From assembly GCA_016783445.1 (NCBI GenBank), contig JADHWO010000001.1:21596-85595 (forward strand): a stretch of DNA of 64,000 nt. The letters run 5' to 3'. Origin of the DNA: Candidatus Aminicenantes bacterium. GTDB lineage: Bacteria; Acidobacteriota; Aminicenantia; Aminicenantales; Aminicenantaceae. The translations under genes were made by a program, and so were the position numbers. This document shows, piece by piece, positions 19,317 to 30,781 of this stretch (positions are counted from its first letter, which is position 1; each line of letters starts with the position of its first letter). The notes beneath the pieces are model-generated. The model saw nothing but the letters and a program-made list of their open reading frames with translations, searched no databases and was not told the DNA's origin.

Positions 19317-19610
19317 ATGATTATTGCTGAATTTGCTATCTTTCCCACAAGTGAAGGGGTATCAGTCTCAAAGTATGTCAAAGAAGTTATTAAAGTTATC
19401 GAAAGCTCTGGACTGAAACATGAGACAGGCGGCATGTCTACGACAATCGAAGCCCCTGATCTGGATACGTTATTCAAAGTTATAAAAAAGTGTCATGAAG
19501 TTCTTGTAAATATGAAAGCCAAAAGGATTCATATAGATCTAAGAATAGACCACCGTCTGGACACAGATGCCTCTATTGAGTCAAAGCTCAAGGCCATTGG
19601 TAAAAGATAG
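19317..19610 (+). CDS. MTH1187/YkoF-family (UPF0045) thiamine-binding-type small protein
   Basis: 97 aa. MIIAEFAIFPT...VSKYVKEVIKVIESSGLKHETGGMSTTIE matches the family pattern. Confidence 0.8.
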   Translation: MIIAEFAIFPTSEGVSVSKYVKEVIKVIESSGLKHETGGMSTTIEAPDLDTLFKVIKKCHEVLVNMKAKRIHIDLRIDHRLDTDASIESKLKAIGKR

Positions 19611-19770
19611 CTCTGCCATCCCCATTTTACTTTAAAGAAATTAATCTTCCATTCTGCCCGGATCTCTACTTGTGTGGAATCAGGCGAGCCAATGGATAGA
19701 TGATTAGAGATATTGGTCAAAAATAAAGAAAAAAAGAAAGTACAGCACAAAGTATATTCTGGGAATTACT

Positions 19771-20652
19771 TTAGTCCCTTTCTCTGAGAAGTGGCCTTGT
19801 TAGGCAAGTTGGGCCGCCTGCTCCTTTCCTGGAAATTTCCTCTCCTTCATACTCCCAGATTTCAACACCTTTATTTTTTAGCATCTTCTTCGTCTGAGGA
19901 TTCCCGGATATCATAAAACACTTTCCAGGAGAGACAGCAAGGATATTGCATGCCATGGTCTCATACTCAGAATCCGGGACTTCAAGGAGTTGAATTCCAC
20001 GCCGTAGAAGCCACTTACGAAAAAACACAGGAAGAAGCCTGGAGTAAACTACAGCTAAGTTATTATCGACGGGACTGATAAAAGACATCAAGTGAAGTAC
20101 ATCACCCGGCCCTTTCCAGTGTGGCAAGGGGACAATTATAAATTCATCAACAAAGTCTTTTATTAGTTCTTTTAACTGCCGGATACCTTCTTCGTGTGTG
20201 CGGGAGCCCAGGCCCACAGCAATAGTGCGCTCATCGAACCAAACAACATCACCTCCCTCTAATCTTCCCTCACCAACTATAGATCCCAGAATGGGGATAC
20301 CCATTTTAAAGAAAAAATCTCCGACAGCTTCAGACTCTGCGTAGCGCTTCTCTTTTCCCATATTGCACAGTATGGCTCCTTTACTGGTAATAATGGCAGA
20401 GTCATGGACATAGATGGAATCTAAGCCTGTTTGAGCGTTTTGTGGTAAATAGTCAATTTCAGGGACAGATTTCTTCAGCAATTCAACAAAATCATTATAT
20501 TCCTTTAGTGCTTTATCATAGTCCGGGCAATCCAGATAATTTAATTCTTTCCATTGAGTATTAATATTTTCTTGATCTATAAATGCATCTTTAGGGTGTT
20601 TAAGCAAAAGATGCTTTATTGGTTCGACCTCGGACTGGCTGCCAAATTTCAT
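19771..20652 (-). CDS. Amidinotransferase-fold enzyme (dimethylarginine dimethylaminohydrolase / arginine deiminase-like)
   Basis: 293 aa. The C-terminal GGPTCLTRPL carries the catalytic Cys typical of guanidino-group-modifying enzymes. Confidence 0.7.
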   Translation of the reverse strand: MKFGSQSEVEPIKHLLLKHPKDAFIDQENINTQWKELNYLDCPDYDKALKEYNDFVELLKKSVPEIDYLPQNAQTGLDSIYVHDSAIITSKGAILCNMGKEKRYAESEAVGDFFFKMGIPILGSIVGEGRLEGGDVVWFDERTIAVGLGSRTHEEGIRQLKELIKDFVDEFIIVPLPHWKGPGDVLHLMSFISPVDNNLAVVYSRLLPVFFRKWLLRRGIQLLEVPDSEYETMACNILAVSPGKCFMISGNPQTKKMLKNKGVEIWEYEGEEISRKGAGGPTCLTRPLLRERD

Positions 20653-20729
20653 GGGTTTATCTTTAAAGCCTATTATAGTTTAAAAATCAATCTTTTGTAG
20701 AAGATATTTCAATTTTCTCTTCCCCCTCC

Positions 20730-20758
20730 TTGACACTTCTTACTCCTTTCTATAGAAT
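20730..20758 (+). promoter_or_regulatory. Sigma-70-like promoter (TTGACA-N17-TAGAAT) upstream of the yeiH-like gene
   Basis: TTGACA at 20730-20735 and TAGAAT at 20753-20758. Confidence 0.35.
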
Positions 20759-20822
20759 CTTGGACTATTTTTAAAAAAAATAAATTAGAGAAAGATAACC
20801 TACCCAAAAAGAGGAGAGCCGA

Positions 20823-21830
20823 GTGATAAAAAAAGAGTTCCTGCCTGGTTGGGCTCTGATGCTTGCGGTCGGGATAGTGGCCATGCTGCTTTCCAAACTG
20901 GTTGTAATCGGCGGGAAAAACCCGATTGAGGCAGCTCTTCTGGCCGTGCTGTTCGGCATCCTTTTGAGAAATATCGGCTTCGTGCCCAGTGTCTGTCATC
21001 CGGGTATTAAGGCTTTTGATAATATTCTCATACTGGGAATAGTACTCATCGGCGCTTCTCTCGATTTCAAGACAATCGGTTCCCAGGGCATAAAAATGCT
21101 GGCCATTATTCTAACAACAATGTTCGTTAGTTTTTTTGTGATCTATTTTCTGGGCAAAGCATTCAGGCTCCCTACTTCCCTGGCAGTACTTCTCTCTGTG
21201 GGAACGACAATCTGTGGAGGCACGGCTATTGCTGTGACAGCACCTCTTATTAAAGCCAAAGAGGAGGAAACTTCCTACGCAATCGGCACCATCGCCCTCT
21301 GGGGAGTGATAGCCATCCTTCTCTACCCAAAAATGGCACAACTTCTCGGAGTGACAGATGTGAACTTCGGTGTGTTTGCCGGCACCGCTATCCACTCCAC
21401 TCCTCAGGTTGTGGGTGCCGGATTTATCTTTTCAGACATTGCCGGAAAAACCGCTACTGCCGTCAAACTCGTTCGAAACTGTTTCATGGTCCCGATTGCC
21501 TTCTTGATTGCCGTTTGGTACACGAAGACCATCCTGATTAATAAAAAAGGAGAAGGGACTCACGTGAATGTTGCCAAAGCATTTCCTTGGTTCCTCTTTG
21601 GCTATTTCCTGATGGCCGGGCTCAACACTCAGGGTTACTTTTCAGAAGCTGGAGTGGAAGCGTTGAGCACAGCGGGCAAATTCCTCATCCTTTTGGGGCT
21701 GGCTGGGATCGGCCTCAACACGGTCTTCACCTCCTTTCAGAAGGTGGGATTAAAACCTTTAATCGTCGGGCTCATCGGATCAATCGTAGTCGCTGGATGC
21801 AGTATTGTGATGATTATTCTCCTCTTCTGA
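20823..21830 (+). CDS. YeiH/UPF0324 family membrane protein (putative sulfate exporter family)
   Basis: 335-aa polytopic protein with GTTICGGTAIAVTAPLI and AGTAIHSTPQVVGAG motifs. GTG start is preceded by GAGGAG. Confidence 0.85.
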   Translation: MIKKEFLPGWALMLAVGIVAMLLSKLVVIGGKNPIEAALLAVLFGILLRNIGFVPSVCHPGIKAFDNILILGIVLIGASLDFKTIGSQGIKMLAIILTTMFVSFFVIYFLGKAFRLPTSLAVLLSVGTTICGGTAIAVTAPLIKAKEEETSYAIGTIALWGVIAILLYPKMAQLLGVTDVNFGVFAGTAIHSTPQVVGAGFIFSDIAGKTATAVKLVRNCFMVPIAFLIAVWYTKTILINKKGEGTHVNVAKAFPWFLFGYFLMAGLNTQGYFSEAGVEALSTAGKFLILLGLAGIGLNTVFTSFQKVGLKPLIVGLIGSIVVAGCSIVMIILLF

Positions 21831-21921
21831 ATACTAATTCAACAATTCTTTTTCCATGCTATAATAATCTGGCCATTTTATTAGACTCTCGGTAAGATAG
21901 CTTGGAAAGAAAGGAAAAACA

Positions 21922-23706
21922 ATGGAAAACAAAATAAAATCCATACGGAAACTAATGAAAGACTATGGAGTGGAAGCCTATCTTGTTCCCACTTCTGACC
22001 CCCACCAGAGTGAATATGTTCCTGAATTCTGGCAGAGGAGAAAATTCATGAGCGGCTTCACCGGTTCTGCAGGCGATGTTGTTTTCACCCAAAAAAAGGC
22101 TGGATTGTGGACCGACTCGCGCTACTTTCTGCAGGCCGAGCAGGAATTGGATAAAAAAGCTTTCACTCTATTTAAGATGGGAAAACCTGATGTACCAAGT
22201 ATCGATGAATGGGTCTCAGGAGAATTAAAAAAAGGGGAATCTCTCGGGGTCGATCCTAAGGTAATTCCTCACCAAAATTATATAGATTTAAAAAAGAAAC
22301 TGGAAGAAAAAGGCATTGAATTGAAGAGTTTAAAAAAAAATCTGGTGGATGCTGTATGGGAAAACAGGCCAGAGCCACCAAAAGGAAAAATTGAAATCCA
22401 TGAGGAGAAATATGCAGGCGAACCAGTTGAAGCTAAACTGAGTCGGCTGCGTAAAAAAATGGCAGAAGAAAATGCCGAAACACTTGTTGTCACAATGCTG
22501 GATTCAATCGCCTGGTTGTTTAATATCCGCGGTTCTGATGTAGAGTTTAATCCAGTGGTTATCTCCTATGCTGTTATTACATCGGAGAAAGCTCTGCTTT
22601 TCATCAATCCAGACAAAATAGAAGAAGCCGTGAGTCAAGCTCTAAGAGAAACCGTAGATATTTTTGACTATGAAGATTTTGGCTCTGAGCTCCAAAATCT
22701 GGCAAAACAAAGCTGCCGTATCTGGCTCGACGAGGTCAGTGTGAACCAATGGATTGTGGATGTCCTGGGAGACAATGTAAAACTCCATTTTAAACCAAGT
22801 CCTATCAAGATGTTTAAAGCAATTAAAAATAAGACTGAGATTGCAGGATTCAGGGCAGCTCATATCAGGGATGGTGCTTCTATGGTCAAATTCCTCTACT
22901 GGCTGGAGCAGTCCATGGGAAAAATCGAGGTGACTGAAGTTTCAGCTGCAAAAAAATCAGCTGAATTCCGAGCTCAGAATGAACTGTTTAGAGGGCTGAG
23001 CTTTAATACAATTTCTTCCTATGGTGCCCATGGCGCGGTGGTTCATTATGCAACAAGCCCTGAAACAGATATACAATTAAAACCAGAAGGGACTTATCTT
23101 ATTGACTCGGGAGGGCAATATCTGGACGGAACAACCGATATTACCCGAACTCTGTACCTCGGCAGCCCAAAAGAAGAGCAAAAAGACAACTTCACCCGTG
23201 TGTTAAAAGGCATAATTGACCTTCTTACCACCTCTTTTCCTGAAGGGACCTCAGGAAAACAGCTCGATACAATTGCACGGCTGCCGCTCTGGGAGAAAGG
23301 CTTAAATTACGGTCATGGGACCGGACATGGCATCGGTACTTATCTCTGTGTACATGAAGGTCCTCAAGCTATATCTTACTATCGATGTATTGGTATTGGA
23401 TTAGAACTGGGTATGACCACAACCATCGAACCAGGCTATTACAAGGAAAACCAATATGGACTCCGGATTGAAAATGTCGCTCTTGTTGTGAAAGACGAGG
23501 AAAAGTCAAAAAAGGATTTTGTATTTTATAAATTCGAAAATCTGACTCTCTGTCCTATCGACCTGTGTCTCATTAAAAAGGAACTCTTGAGTAAAGGCGA
23601 AATCGACTGGCTCAACAACTACCACAAAAAAGTCTATAAAACCTTAGCACCACTTTTAGACAAGCCAGAAGCAGACTGGTTAAAAAAGGCAACAAAAGAA
23701 TTATAA
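21922..23706 (+). CDS. Xaa-Pro aminopeptidase (M24B, long form)
   Basis: Creatinase-like N-terminal domains plus the M24 metal ligand context DSGGQYLDGTTDITRT, HGTGHGIG, EPGYY. Confidence 0.9.
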   Translation: MENKIKSIRKLMKDYGVEAYLVPTSDPHQSEYVPEFWQRRKFMSGFTGSAGDVVFTQKKAGLWTDSRYFLQAEQELDKKAFTLFKMGKPDVPSIDEWVSGELKKGESLGVDPKVIPHQNYIDLKKKLEEKGIELKSLKKNLVDAVWENRPEPPKGKIEIHEEKYAGEPVEAKLSRLRKKMAEENAETLVVTMLDSIAWLFNIRGSDVEFNPVVISYAVITSEKALLFINPDKIEEAVSQALRETVDIFDYEDFGSELQNLAKQSCRIWLDEVSVNQWIVDVLGDNVKLHFKPSPIKMFKAIKNKTEIAGFRAAHIRDGASMVKFLYWLEQSMGKIEVTEVSAAKKSAEFRAQNELFRGLSFNTISSYGAHGAVVHYATSPETDIQLKPEGTYLIDSGGQYLDGTTDITRTLYLGSPKEEQKDNFTRVLKGIIDLLTTSFPEGTSGKQLDTIARLPLWEKGLNYGHGTGHGIGTYLCVHEGPQAISYYRCIGIGLELGMTTTIEPGYYKENQYGLRIENVALVVKDEEKSKKDFVFYKFENLTLCPIDLCLIKKELLSKGEIDWLNNYHKKVYKTLAPLLDKPEADWLKKATKEL

Positions 23707-23730
23707 AAGAAAGGATTTTATTGCTTAAAC

Positions 23731-24831
23731 TTAGGTTTGCCTTCCGGCTTTATCTATGATTCCTCCACCAACAACCACATCTCCGTCGTAAAAAACCACA
23801 GACTGTCCAGGAGTAATAGCCCTCTGGGAATTCTCGAATTCCACTATCACTTTATCTGAGTCAAAAGGAGTAATGAGAGCCTTTGCTTCTTTATGTTTGT
23901 AACGGATTTTTGCTTTTACAACCTGTGGTTTTTTTATTTTTTCTATAGATACCCAATTCACCTGAGATGCCAAAAGAATTTTTTCATAGAGCTGGTTTTT
24001 TGTGCCAGCAACGATGGTATTTTTTTTACTTTGCACAGCAAGAACATACATCGGGTGTTTGGATGTTATCCCCATACCCCTCCGCTGGCCTACTGTGTAG
24101 TGGATTATTCCCTTGTGCTGGCCTAAAACTTCATTCTTTAGGTTTACGATAGGACCGGGCTTACAAGCCTCATGACTTCTGCTCTGAAGAAATTTGGCAT
24201 AATTTTTATCAGGAATAAAACAAATCTCCTGGCTTTCAGGTCTTTGAGCAACAGGAAGACCTAATTTCTCAGCTTTGTTTCTTACTTCGTCTTTTGTTAA
24301 ATATCCGATTGGCATCAATGTTCGGGAGAGCTGGTCCTGAGTTAAGGGATAGAGGAAATAGGACTGGTCTTTCTTCTTATCCTTTCCCTTTTTAAGAATA
24401 TAACGTTTAGAGTTAGTTTCATATTCAACCCGAGCATGGTGACCCGTGGCTAAATAATCAGCTTTAAAAACTTTGAGCTTCTGCATAAGAAAATCAAATT
24501 TAATGTATTGATTGCAGCGAATGCAGGGATTGGGAGTACGCCCTCGAGTGTACTCTTTGCAGAAGTCAGTAATTACTTTTTTTTCGAAATTCTTTCTAAA
24601 ATCAGCAATATAAAACGAAATCCCAAGAGAGACAGCAACACGGTGGGAATCTTCTGTGGCTTTCCAACCACAACAGCTTCTCAAATTCTCTGACCTGCAG
24701 TATTTTTCAGGTAAGGAGAAAAGATTCATTGTTATTCCGCTAACTTCATAACCCTGCTCATTAAGGATAGCAGCTGCCACCGATGAATCCACTCCCCCGC
24801 TCATAGCAATAACTACTCTTTTTTGCCTCAT
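23731..24831 (-). CDS. mnmA: tRNA 2-thiouridine(34) synthase
   Basis: PP-loop VVIAMSGGVDSSVAA, NPCIRCNQYIKF, ATGHHAR. Confidence 0.95.
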   Translation of the reverse strand: MRQKRVVIAMSGGVDSSVAAAILNEQGYEVSGITMNLFSLPEKYCRSENLRSCCGWKATEDSHRVAVSLGISFYIADFRKNFEKKVITDFCKEYTRGRTPNPCIRCNQYIKFDFLMQKLKVFKADYLATGHHARVEYETNSKRYILKKGKDKKKDQSYFLYPLTQDQLSRTLMPIGYLTKDEVRNKAEKLGLPVAQRPESQEICFIPDKNYAKFLQSRSHEACKPGPIVNLKNEVLGQHKGIIHYTVGQRRGMGITSKHPMYVLAVQSKKNTIVAGTKNQLYEKILLASQVNWVSIEKIKKPQVVKAKIRYKHKEAKALITPFDSDKVIVEFENSQRAITPGQSVVFYDGDVVVGGGIIDKAGRQT

Positions 24832-25016
24832 TTTTTCTCTTTTCTATAGGATACCAAAAAAAAGGAACCAGTCACAGAAAAAGGGACAGGCTACTTTTTT
24901 TTATTTTTTTCCTTTTAAGCAGTAAAATTCAAAAAAAAAGTAGAATTCCAAAATGAGAATATGTAAAATAAGCCAAATGTTATTTACTGATTTTCCGGAT
25001 ATTTTATTCATTTAAA

Positions 25017-26147
25017 ATGGTTTGGAGAAAAGCTTACCTTGTTTTAGAGAACGGGACATACTTCATTGGTCAATCTGTCGGCTATGAAGGATATGCTGAG
25101 GGAGAAATTGTCTTCAACACATCCATGACTGGCTATCAGGAAATACTTACAGATCCATCCTACAAAGGCCAGATAGTTACTATGACTTATCCTTTGATCG
25201 GAAATTACGGCTGCAATTTTGAAGATGTGGAATCAAACCACCCCTGGGTAGAAGGCTTTATCATGAAAGAGCTGGCTTCTCTTCCTTCAAACTGGAGGAA
25301 AAAAGAGGACCTTGCAGGATATTTAAAACGACACAAAATAGTTGCTATCCAGGGTATAGACACCAGAAAATTAACCAAAACAATCCGTACTGGCGGTGCC
25401 CAAAGTTCACTAATCTCAACATCAAACGACAACATTAAAACTCTTCTCAAGCGAGTAAAAAAAGTCCCTTCCATAGTAGGACTCGACTTAGTCAAGGATG
25501 TGACAACTTCTGAATCCTATAGATGGAATGAATCAGTTTACACATGGCCAAAGGGCTATTCAACAAAAAAAAGATTCAAATATTCTGTTGTTGCTTATGA
25601 CTATGGAATAAAAAGAAACATCTTAAGAAACCTGGCTTATAATAATGTCAGCGTTTTTATCGTTCCTGCCCAAACAAGCTGGAAGGAAATACTGAAAATG
25701 AAACCGGACGGAGTATTCCTCTCCAACGGCCCCGGGGATCCTGCTCCAATCTCTTACGCGATTGACAATATTAAAAACCTAATAGGGAAAATTCCCATTT
25801 TTGGAATTTGCCTCGGCCACCAGCTTTTAGCCCTTGCCCTTGGGGGCAAAACTTACAAGCTTAAATTCGGCCACCGGGGAGCAAATCATCCAGTAAAAAA
25901 TTTAGAAACAGGCGCTATCGAAATAACCTCACAGAATCATGGATTTGCAGTTGATATAGATTCTCTAAAGGGACTGGCGAAACTAACTCATCTCAATCTC
26001 AATGATATGACTGCTGAAGGATTCTCTTTAAGAGAAAAATTTCTTTTTTCAGTTCAGTATCATCCAGAAAGCTCTCCTGGTCCAAGAGATTCAAGATATC
26101 TTTTCCAGGATTTCATTAAAATGATGGAGGATTTTAAAGGGAAATAA
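25017..26147 (+). CDS. carA: Carbamoyl-phosphate synthase small (glutaminase) subunit
   Basis: [31 protein letters not shown]. Confidence 0.95.
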   Translation: MVWRKAYLVLENGTYFIGQSVGYEGYAEGEIVFNTSMTGYQEILTDPSYKGQIVTMTYPLIGNYGCNFEDVESNHPWVEGFIMKELASLPSNWRKKEDLAGYLKRHKIVAIQGIDTRKLTKTIRTGGAQSSLISTSNDNIKTLLKRVKKVPSIVGLDLVKDVTTSESYRWNESVYTWPKGYSTKKRFKYSVVAYDYGIKRNILRNLAYNNVSVFIVPAQTSWKEILKMKPDGVFLSNGPGDPAPISYAIDNIKNLIGKIPIFGICLGHQLLALALGGKTYKLKFGHRGANHPVKNLETGAIEITSQNHGFAVDIDSLKGLAKLTHLNLNDMTAEGFSLREKFLFSVQYHPESSPGPRDSRYLFQDFIKMMEDFKGK

Positions 26148-26148
26148 A

Positions 26149-29100
26149 GTGCCAAAAAGAAAAGACATCAAGTCTATCCTGATCATCGGCTCTGGCCCTA
26201 TTATCATCGGTCAAGCCTCTGAATTTGACTACTCAGGAACCCAGGCTCTTAAAGCTCTAAAAGAGGAACAGTACAAAGTCATCCTTCTCAATTCCAACCC
26301 AGCCACTATCATGACTGACCCTGAGTTTGCAGATCGCACCTATCTTGAACCGTTAACAGTCGAATATCTGGAAAAGATAATTCAAAGAGAAAAACCCGAT
26401 GCGCTGCTTGCCACTCTGGGTGGCCAGAAAGCTTTAAATTTAGCTCTTGAACTTGACGAAAAAGGAATCTTGGATAAGCACAAAATCCAGCTTATCGGAG
26501 TCAGCACAGACTCCATCAGAAAGGCAGAAGACAGAATGCTTTTCCGGAAATCAATGGAAAAGATCGGACTCGAAGTTCCGGAATCAGGCTACGCTTCCAG
26601 CATGAAGGAAGCTGTAGACATCGTGAAGAGGATCAAATTTCCTGTGGTTCTACGTCCTTCCTTTACTTTAGGCGGCACAGGAGGCAACATCATCAAAAAT
26701 TGGGAGGACTTCTATAAATTTCTTCCCCTCGGCCTTGCAATTAGTCCAATCACAAAAGTTCTTATCGAGAAATCTATCATCGGCTGGAAAGAATTTGAAC
26801 TGGAAGTTATGAGGGATAAAAAAGATAATGTCGTGATCGTTTGTGCAATTGAAAATTTCGATCCTATGGGAGTCCACACAGGAGACTCTATCACTGTTGC
26901 TCCTGCCCAGACCCTGACTGATAAGGAATACCAGAGACTCAGGGATGCTTCAATTGCAATCATGAGAGAGATAGGGGTAGAAACAGGAGGCTCTAACATT
27001 CAATTTGCCATTAATCCTTCGGATGGGAGAATGATGGTCGTTGAGATGAATCCCCGGGTTTCCCGCTCCTCAGCCCTGGCTTCAAAAGCCACGGGTTTTC
27101 CTATAGCTAAAATGGCAGCCAAACTGGCTGTAGGCTATACCCTGGATGAAATTTTAAACGATATCACAAAAAAGACCCCGGCCTGCTTTGAGCCTGCAAT
27201 TGACTATGTTGTGGTCAAAATCCCCCGCTTTGCCTTTGAAAAATTCCCTGAAGAAGAACCTGCACTCACCACCCAGATGAAATCAGTAGGAGAGACAATG
27301 GCTATAGGCCGAACTTTTAAAGAAGCTCTTCAAAAAGCCATTCGCTCTCTTGAAATAGACAAATGGGGATTCGAAGAAAAATACAAAAAAAGAGAACAAA
27401 TTGTATTAAAAGAAGATCATACCCAGCCAAATGCCGAAAGAATCTGGTACATTGCTGATGCTCTAAGAAAAGGAATATCAGTAAATAAAATTTATAAACT
27501 CACCCAGATAGATCCCTTCTTTCTTCAGAACATCAAGGATATCGTAAACTTTGAAGAAAAAATAAAATCCTTGAGAAAAGACTCCTCGAATTTTAATCTT
27601 CTTCAAAGAGCTAAAGAACTGGGCTTCTCTGATAAAAGAATTGGAGAGCTCGCAGGCCTAACGGAAGATGAAGTCAGAAAACTGAGAGAGAAAGCGCGGA
27701 TATACCCAGTTTGGAAAGTTGTTGATACCTGTGCAGGAGAATTCGAATCAGAAACTCCCTATTTTTACTCCACCTATGAAGAAGAAAATGAAGTCCCGGA
27801 AATCCCACAGAAAAAAGTGATTATTCTTGGCTCAGGCCCCAACAGGATCGGACAGGGAATCGAGTTTGACTACTGCTGCGTTCACGGTGTTTTTGCTTTG
27901 AGGGATTCTGGATACAAAGCTATTATGATCAATTCCAATCCTGAAACTGTCTCCACCGATTATGATATATCAGACCGACTCTACTTTGATCCCGTAACGC
28001 TGGAAGATGTGCTTTCCATCTACCGGAATGAAAAACCAGAAGGGATTATCGTCCAATTCGGAGGACAGACTCCCCTAAAAATCTCAATTGAGCTTTGGAA
28101 AAACAAGGTAAAAATACTAGGCACTAGCTCCCAGTCTATTGACGAAACTGAAGACAGGGAAAAATTTGACAAATTCCTGACAAGACTAAACTTGCAGCGG
28201 CCGAGAAATGGTATGGCCAGGAATTCTTCCCAGGCTTTAAAAACCGCTGAAAATATCGGATATCCTGTCCTTGTCAGACCTTCCTATGTTCTTGGGGGCC
28301 GTGCCATGAAAGTTATCCATAACGAGGAGGAACTGGAAAAATATGTAAAATCCATCCAGGAATACTGTTCAGAATACCCAATCCTTATCGATGAGTTTAT
28401 CGATAACGCCATAGAGCTTGATGTAGACATTCTTTGCGATGGCCAGGACGTCTACATTGGAGGTATTCTGGAGCACATCCAGGAAGCAGGCATCCATTCT
28501 GGAGATGCCACTATGGTTACCCCTCCCTATTTTATAGCTGACAGGATCATTGAGGAGGTAAAGCGTCAGGTAACTCTGATGGCAAAAGAGCTTCAAATCC
28601 TGGGTCTGATGAATGTCCAGGTCGCAGTAAAAGGTACTAAGATCTATATACTGGAGGTCAACCCAAGGGCTTCAAGAACAGTTCCGTTTCTCTCCAAGGC
28701 CACGGGAGTTCCCCTGGCAAAGATTGCCACTCAACTCATAATGGGAGAGAAACTCAGAGATATGAATATTACACGGCATCCTCTAAACCTTTATGCCGTA
28801 AAAGAAGCCGTCTTTTCTTTTGACAAATTCATGGAGGTAGACCCGATTCTTGGACCTGAGATGCGCTCCACAGGGGAATCTATCGGAATTGACACCCATT
28901 TTCCTCTGGCTTTCCTCAAAGCTCAAGAAGGCGCAGGTTTTCACCTCCCGCAGGAAGGGAATATTTTTGTCAGTGCTCCAGATGAAGACAAGCCAAAGAT
29001 TATTCCTATTGTTGAAAAACTCGAACAATTAGGATTTAATCTGGTCGCAACTGAAGGTACCACACAGTACCTACGCAGACATGGTTTCCGTGTGGACACC

Positions 29101-29364
29101 GTAGGCAAGGTCTACAAGGAAAAAAGAAATATTCTTGAGGAAATAAAGGAGGGAAAGGTAGGAATGATTTTTAATTCTCCTTCCGGAACTCATGAGATAA
29201 GCGATGCTCATAAAATTAGAAAAATCGCATTCGCTTACCGAATTCCCTGTTACACAACTATTCCCTCAGCCAGTGCAGCTGTAAAGGCAATCGAGATGAG
29301 AAGAAAAACTCTGCCCTCTCTCCTCTGCCTTCAGGACATCCATTCAAATTCTATAATCCAGTAA
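26149..29364 (+). CDS. carB: Carbamoyl-phosphate synthase large subunit
   Basis: 1071 aa with duplicated ATP-grasp halves ([24 protein letters not shown] / [23 protein letters not shown]) and an MGS-like C-terminus. Confidence 0.97.
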   Translation: MPKRKDIKSILIIGSGPIIIGQASEFDYSGTQALKALKEEQYKVILLNSNPATIMTDPEFADRTYLEPLTVEYLEKIIQREKPDALLATLGGQKALNLALELDEKGILDKHKIQLIGVSTDSIRKAEDRMLFRKSMEKIGLEVPESGYASSMKEAVDIVKRIKFPVVLRPSFTLGGTGGNIIKNWEDFYKFLPLGLAISPITKVLIEKSIIGWKEFELEVMRDKKDNVVIVCAIENFDPMGVHTGDSITVAPAQTLTDKEYQRLRDASIAIMREIGVETGGSNIQFAINPSDGRMMVVEMNPRVSRSSALASKATGFPIAKMAAKLAVGYTLDEILNDITKKTPACFEPAIDYVVVKIPRFAFEKFPEEEPALTTQMKSVGETMAIGRTFKEALQKAIRSLEIDKWGFEEKYKKREQIVLKEDHTQPNAERIWYIADALRKGISVNKIYKLTQIDPFFLQNIKDIVNFEEKIKSLRKDSSNFNLLQRAKELGFSDKRIGELAGLTEDEVRKLREKARIYPVWKVVDTCAGEFESETPYFYSTYEEENEVPEIPQKKVIILGSGPNRIGQGIEFDYCCVHGVFALRDSGYKAIMINSNPETVSTDYDISDRLYFDPVTLEDVLSIYRNEKPEGIIVQFGGQTPLKISIELWKNKVKILGTSSQSIDETEDREKFDKFLTRLNLQRPRNGMARNSSQALKTAENIGYPVLVRPSYVLGGRAMKVIHNEEELEKYVKSIQEYCSEYPILIDEFIDNAIELDVDILCDGQDVYIGGILEHIQEAGIHSGDATMVTPPYFIADRIIEEVKRQVTLMAKELQILGLMNVQVAVKGTKIYILEVNPRASRTVPFLSKATGVPLAKIATQLIMGEKLRDMNITRHPLNLYAVKEAVFSFDKFMEVDPILGPEMRSTGESIGIDTHFPLAFLKAQEGAGFHLPQEGNIFVSAPDEDKPKIIPIVEKLEQLGFNLVATEGTTQYLRRHGFRVDTVGKVYKEKRNILEEIKEGKVGMIFNSPSGTHEISDAHKIRKIAFAYRIPCYTTIPSASAAVKAIEMRRKTLPSLLCLQDIHSNSIIQ

Positions 29365-29453
29365 CTCTATAAATCGGGCTTTATGACAAAACCGTAGTAA
29401 AGAGAAGAAAAATACGGCTACTGGATCAAACCTCGATTTTGGATATTCCTAAA

Positions 29454-29482
29454 TTGACATGACTTAATTTCAGTGTTATAAA
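29454..29482 (+). promoter_or_regulatory. Sigma-70-like promoter (TTGACA-N17-TATAAA) upstream of the cysteine synthase-like gene
   Basis: TTGACA at 29454-29459 and TATAAA at 29477-29482. Confidence 0.45.
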
Positions 29483-29563
29483 CAATCACTATTATATTAA
29501 AGACAAGCACGATCCATTTTTCAATTTAGAGAAATTTCTTAGCGAGTGTAATAAAGAATAAAC

Positions 29564-30544
29564 ATGGAAGAAAAAAAATATTATAAGGACATCATTGAGG
29601 GAATAGGAAATACACCTCTTATCAAACTTAATAGAATTGCAAAAGGATTTAAGGCAAATATTTTTGCAAAACTCGAATTTTTGAATCCTATGGGAAGTGT
29701 AAAGGACAGAATCGCCAAATTTATGATTGAAAAAGCAGAAAAGGAAGGAAGAATAAAGCCAGATTATACAATTGTAGATAACTCCTCCGGCAACACAGCT
29801 CTGGCACTGGCCATGGTCTGTGCTATTAAAGGATATAAACTAAAAATTGTTGTCCGGGACAGCCTCAGCTCTGAAAAAATCAAATTCCTCAGAGCTATGA
29901 ATGTTGAACTGGTTATAGTTGACCACACCCTCCCCCCTGAATCACCAAACAGTTATAACAATATCGTACCACGGATTGCCCAAGATACACCTAACGGATA
30001 CTATCTCGACCAGCACAACAACCGAGAAAACAACGAAACTCATTATCAAACTACAGGACCTGAAATCTGGGAACAGATGGAGGGGAAAATAGACTATTTT
30101 ATTGCAGGCGTAGGCACAGGAGGAACGATCTGCGGAGCGGCAAAATTCCTCAAAGAAAAAGACCACAGAATAAAAGTTATAGGAGTTGATCCTGTCGGTT
30201 CAATATTCTATGACTATTTTCACTCAAAAAAACTTATCGAGCCATCTCCTTATCTTCTTGAAGGCTTAGGAGATGAGTTTCTTATAGACTGTGTTGACTT
30301 CAACCTGATTGACGATTTCTATCAAGTCACAGATAAGGACGCGTTTCTTATGACCAGAAAGCTTGCCAATAAAGAAGCTATTCTGGCTGGAGGTTCAAGT
30401 GGAGCTGCTATCTGGGCAGCCTTAAAACTCGCTAAAGAAATTGACAGGCCAGCCCGTATTGTTACTATTTTTGCCGACTCAGCCAACCGCTACTTGAGCA
30501 CTATTTATAATGATGAGTGGTTGGAGAAAAAAGGAATTTTATAA
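29564..30544 (+). CDS. PLP-dependent cysteine synthase / cystathionine beta-synthase family enzyme
   Basis: GNTPLIKLNRI, NPMGSVKDRIA (PLP Lys), SSGNTALALA, GVGTGGTICG, GGSSGAA. Confidence 0.85.
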   Translation: MEEKKYYKDIIEGIGNTPLIKLNRIAKGFKANIFAKLEFLNPMGSVKDRIAKFMIEKAEKEGRIKPDYTIVDNSSGNTALALAMVCAIKGYKLKIVVRDSLSSEKIKFLRAMNVELVIVDHTLPPESPNSYNNIVPRIAQDTPNGYYLDQHNNRENNETHYQTTGPEIWEQMEGKIDYFIAGVGTGGTICGAAKFLKEKDHRIKVIGVDPVGSIFYDYFHSKKLIEPSPYLLEGLGDEFLIDCVDFNLIDDFYQVTDKDAFLMTRKLANKEAILAGGSSGAAIWAALKLAKEIDRPARIVTIFADSANRYLSTIYNDEWLEKKGIL

Positions 30545-30578
30545 TTGTGGCTTTTTTGGTCTAAATTCCCTAATAAAT

Positions 30579-30601
30579 GGATTTGATAAACCAAACCCTA
30601 C
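30579..30601. repeat. REP-like hairpin, copy 4 (GGATTTGATAAACCAAACCCTAC)
   Basis: Resembles the hairpins at 39396-39462 and 61104-61130, including the CCCTAC tail. Confidence 0.4.
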
Positions 30602-30781
30602 TTTAGTTATCTATTTCCAGGATTAAAATCTCCTTTTTTCTTAGCTTTCTGCGGAAAAAAGTAGTAAAAAAATTTTAGCGTTCTAAGAGTCACCTTTTAC
30701 TCTTTTTGTTCTGTGTCTCTCTATTGCAAGCCACCATTATTTGTGTTAGAATTTTTTTGACTTGGCCTTCAAGGAGACAAT

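Noticed and set aside
24832-25016. PyrR-type attenuator or other leader upstream of carA
   Set aside because: No ARUCCAGAGAGGYU-like binding loop or terminator/antiterminator pair was seen. The region is simply A/T-rich.
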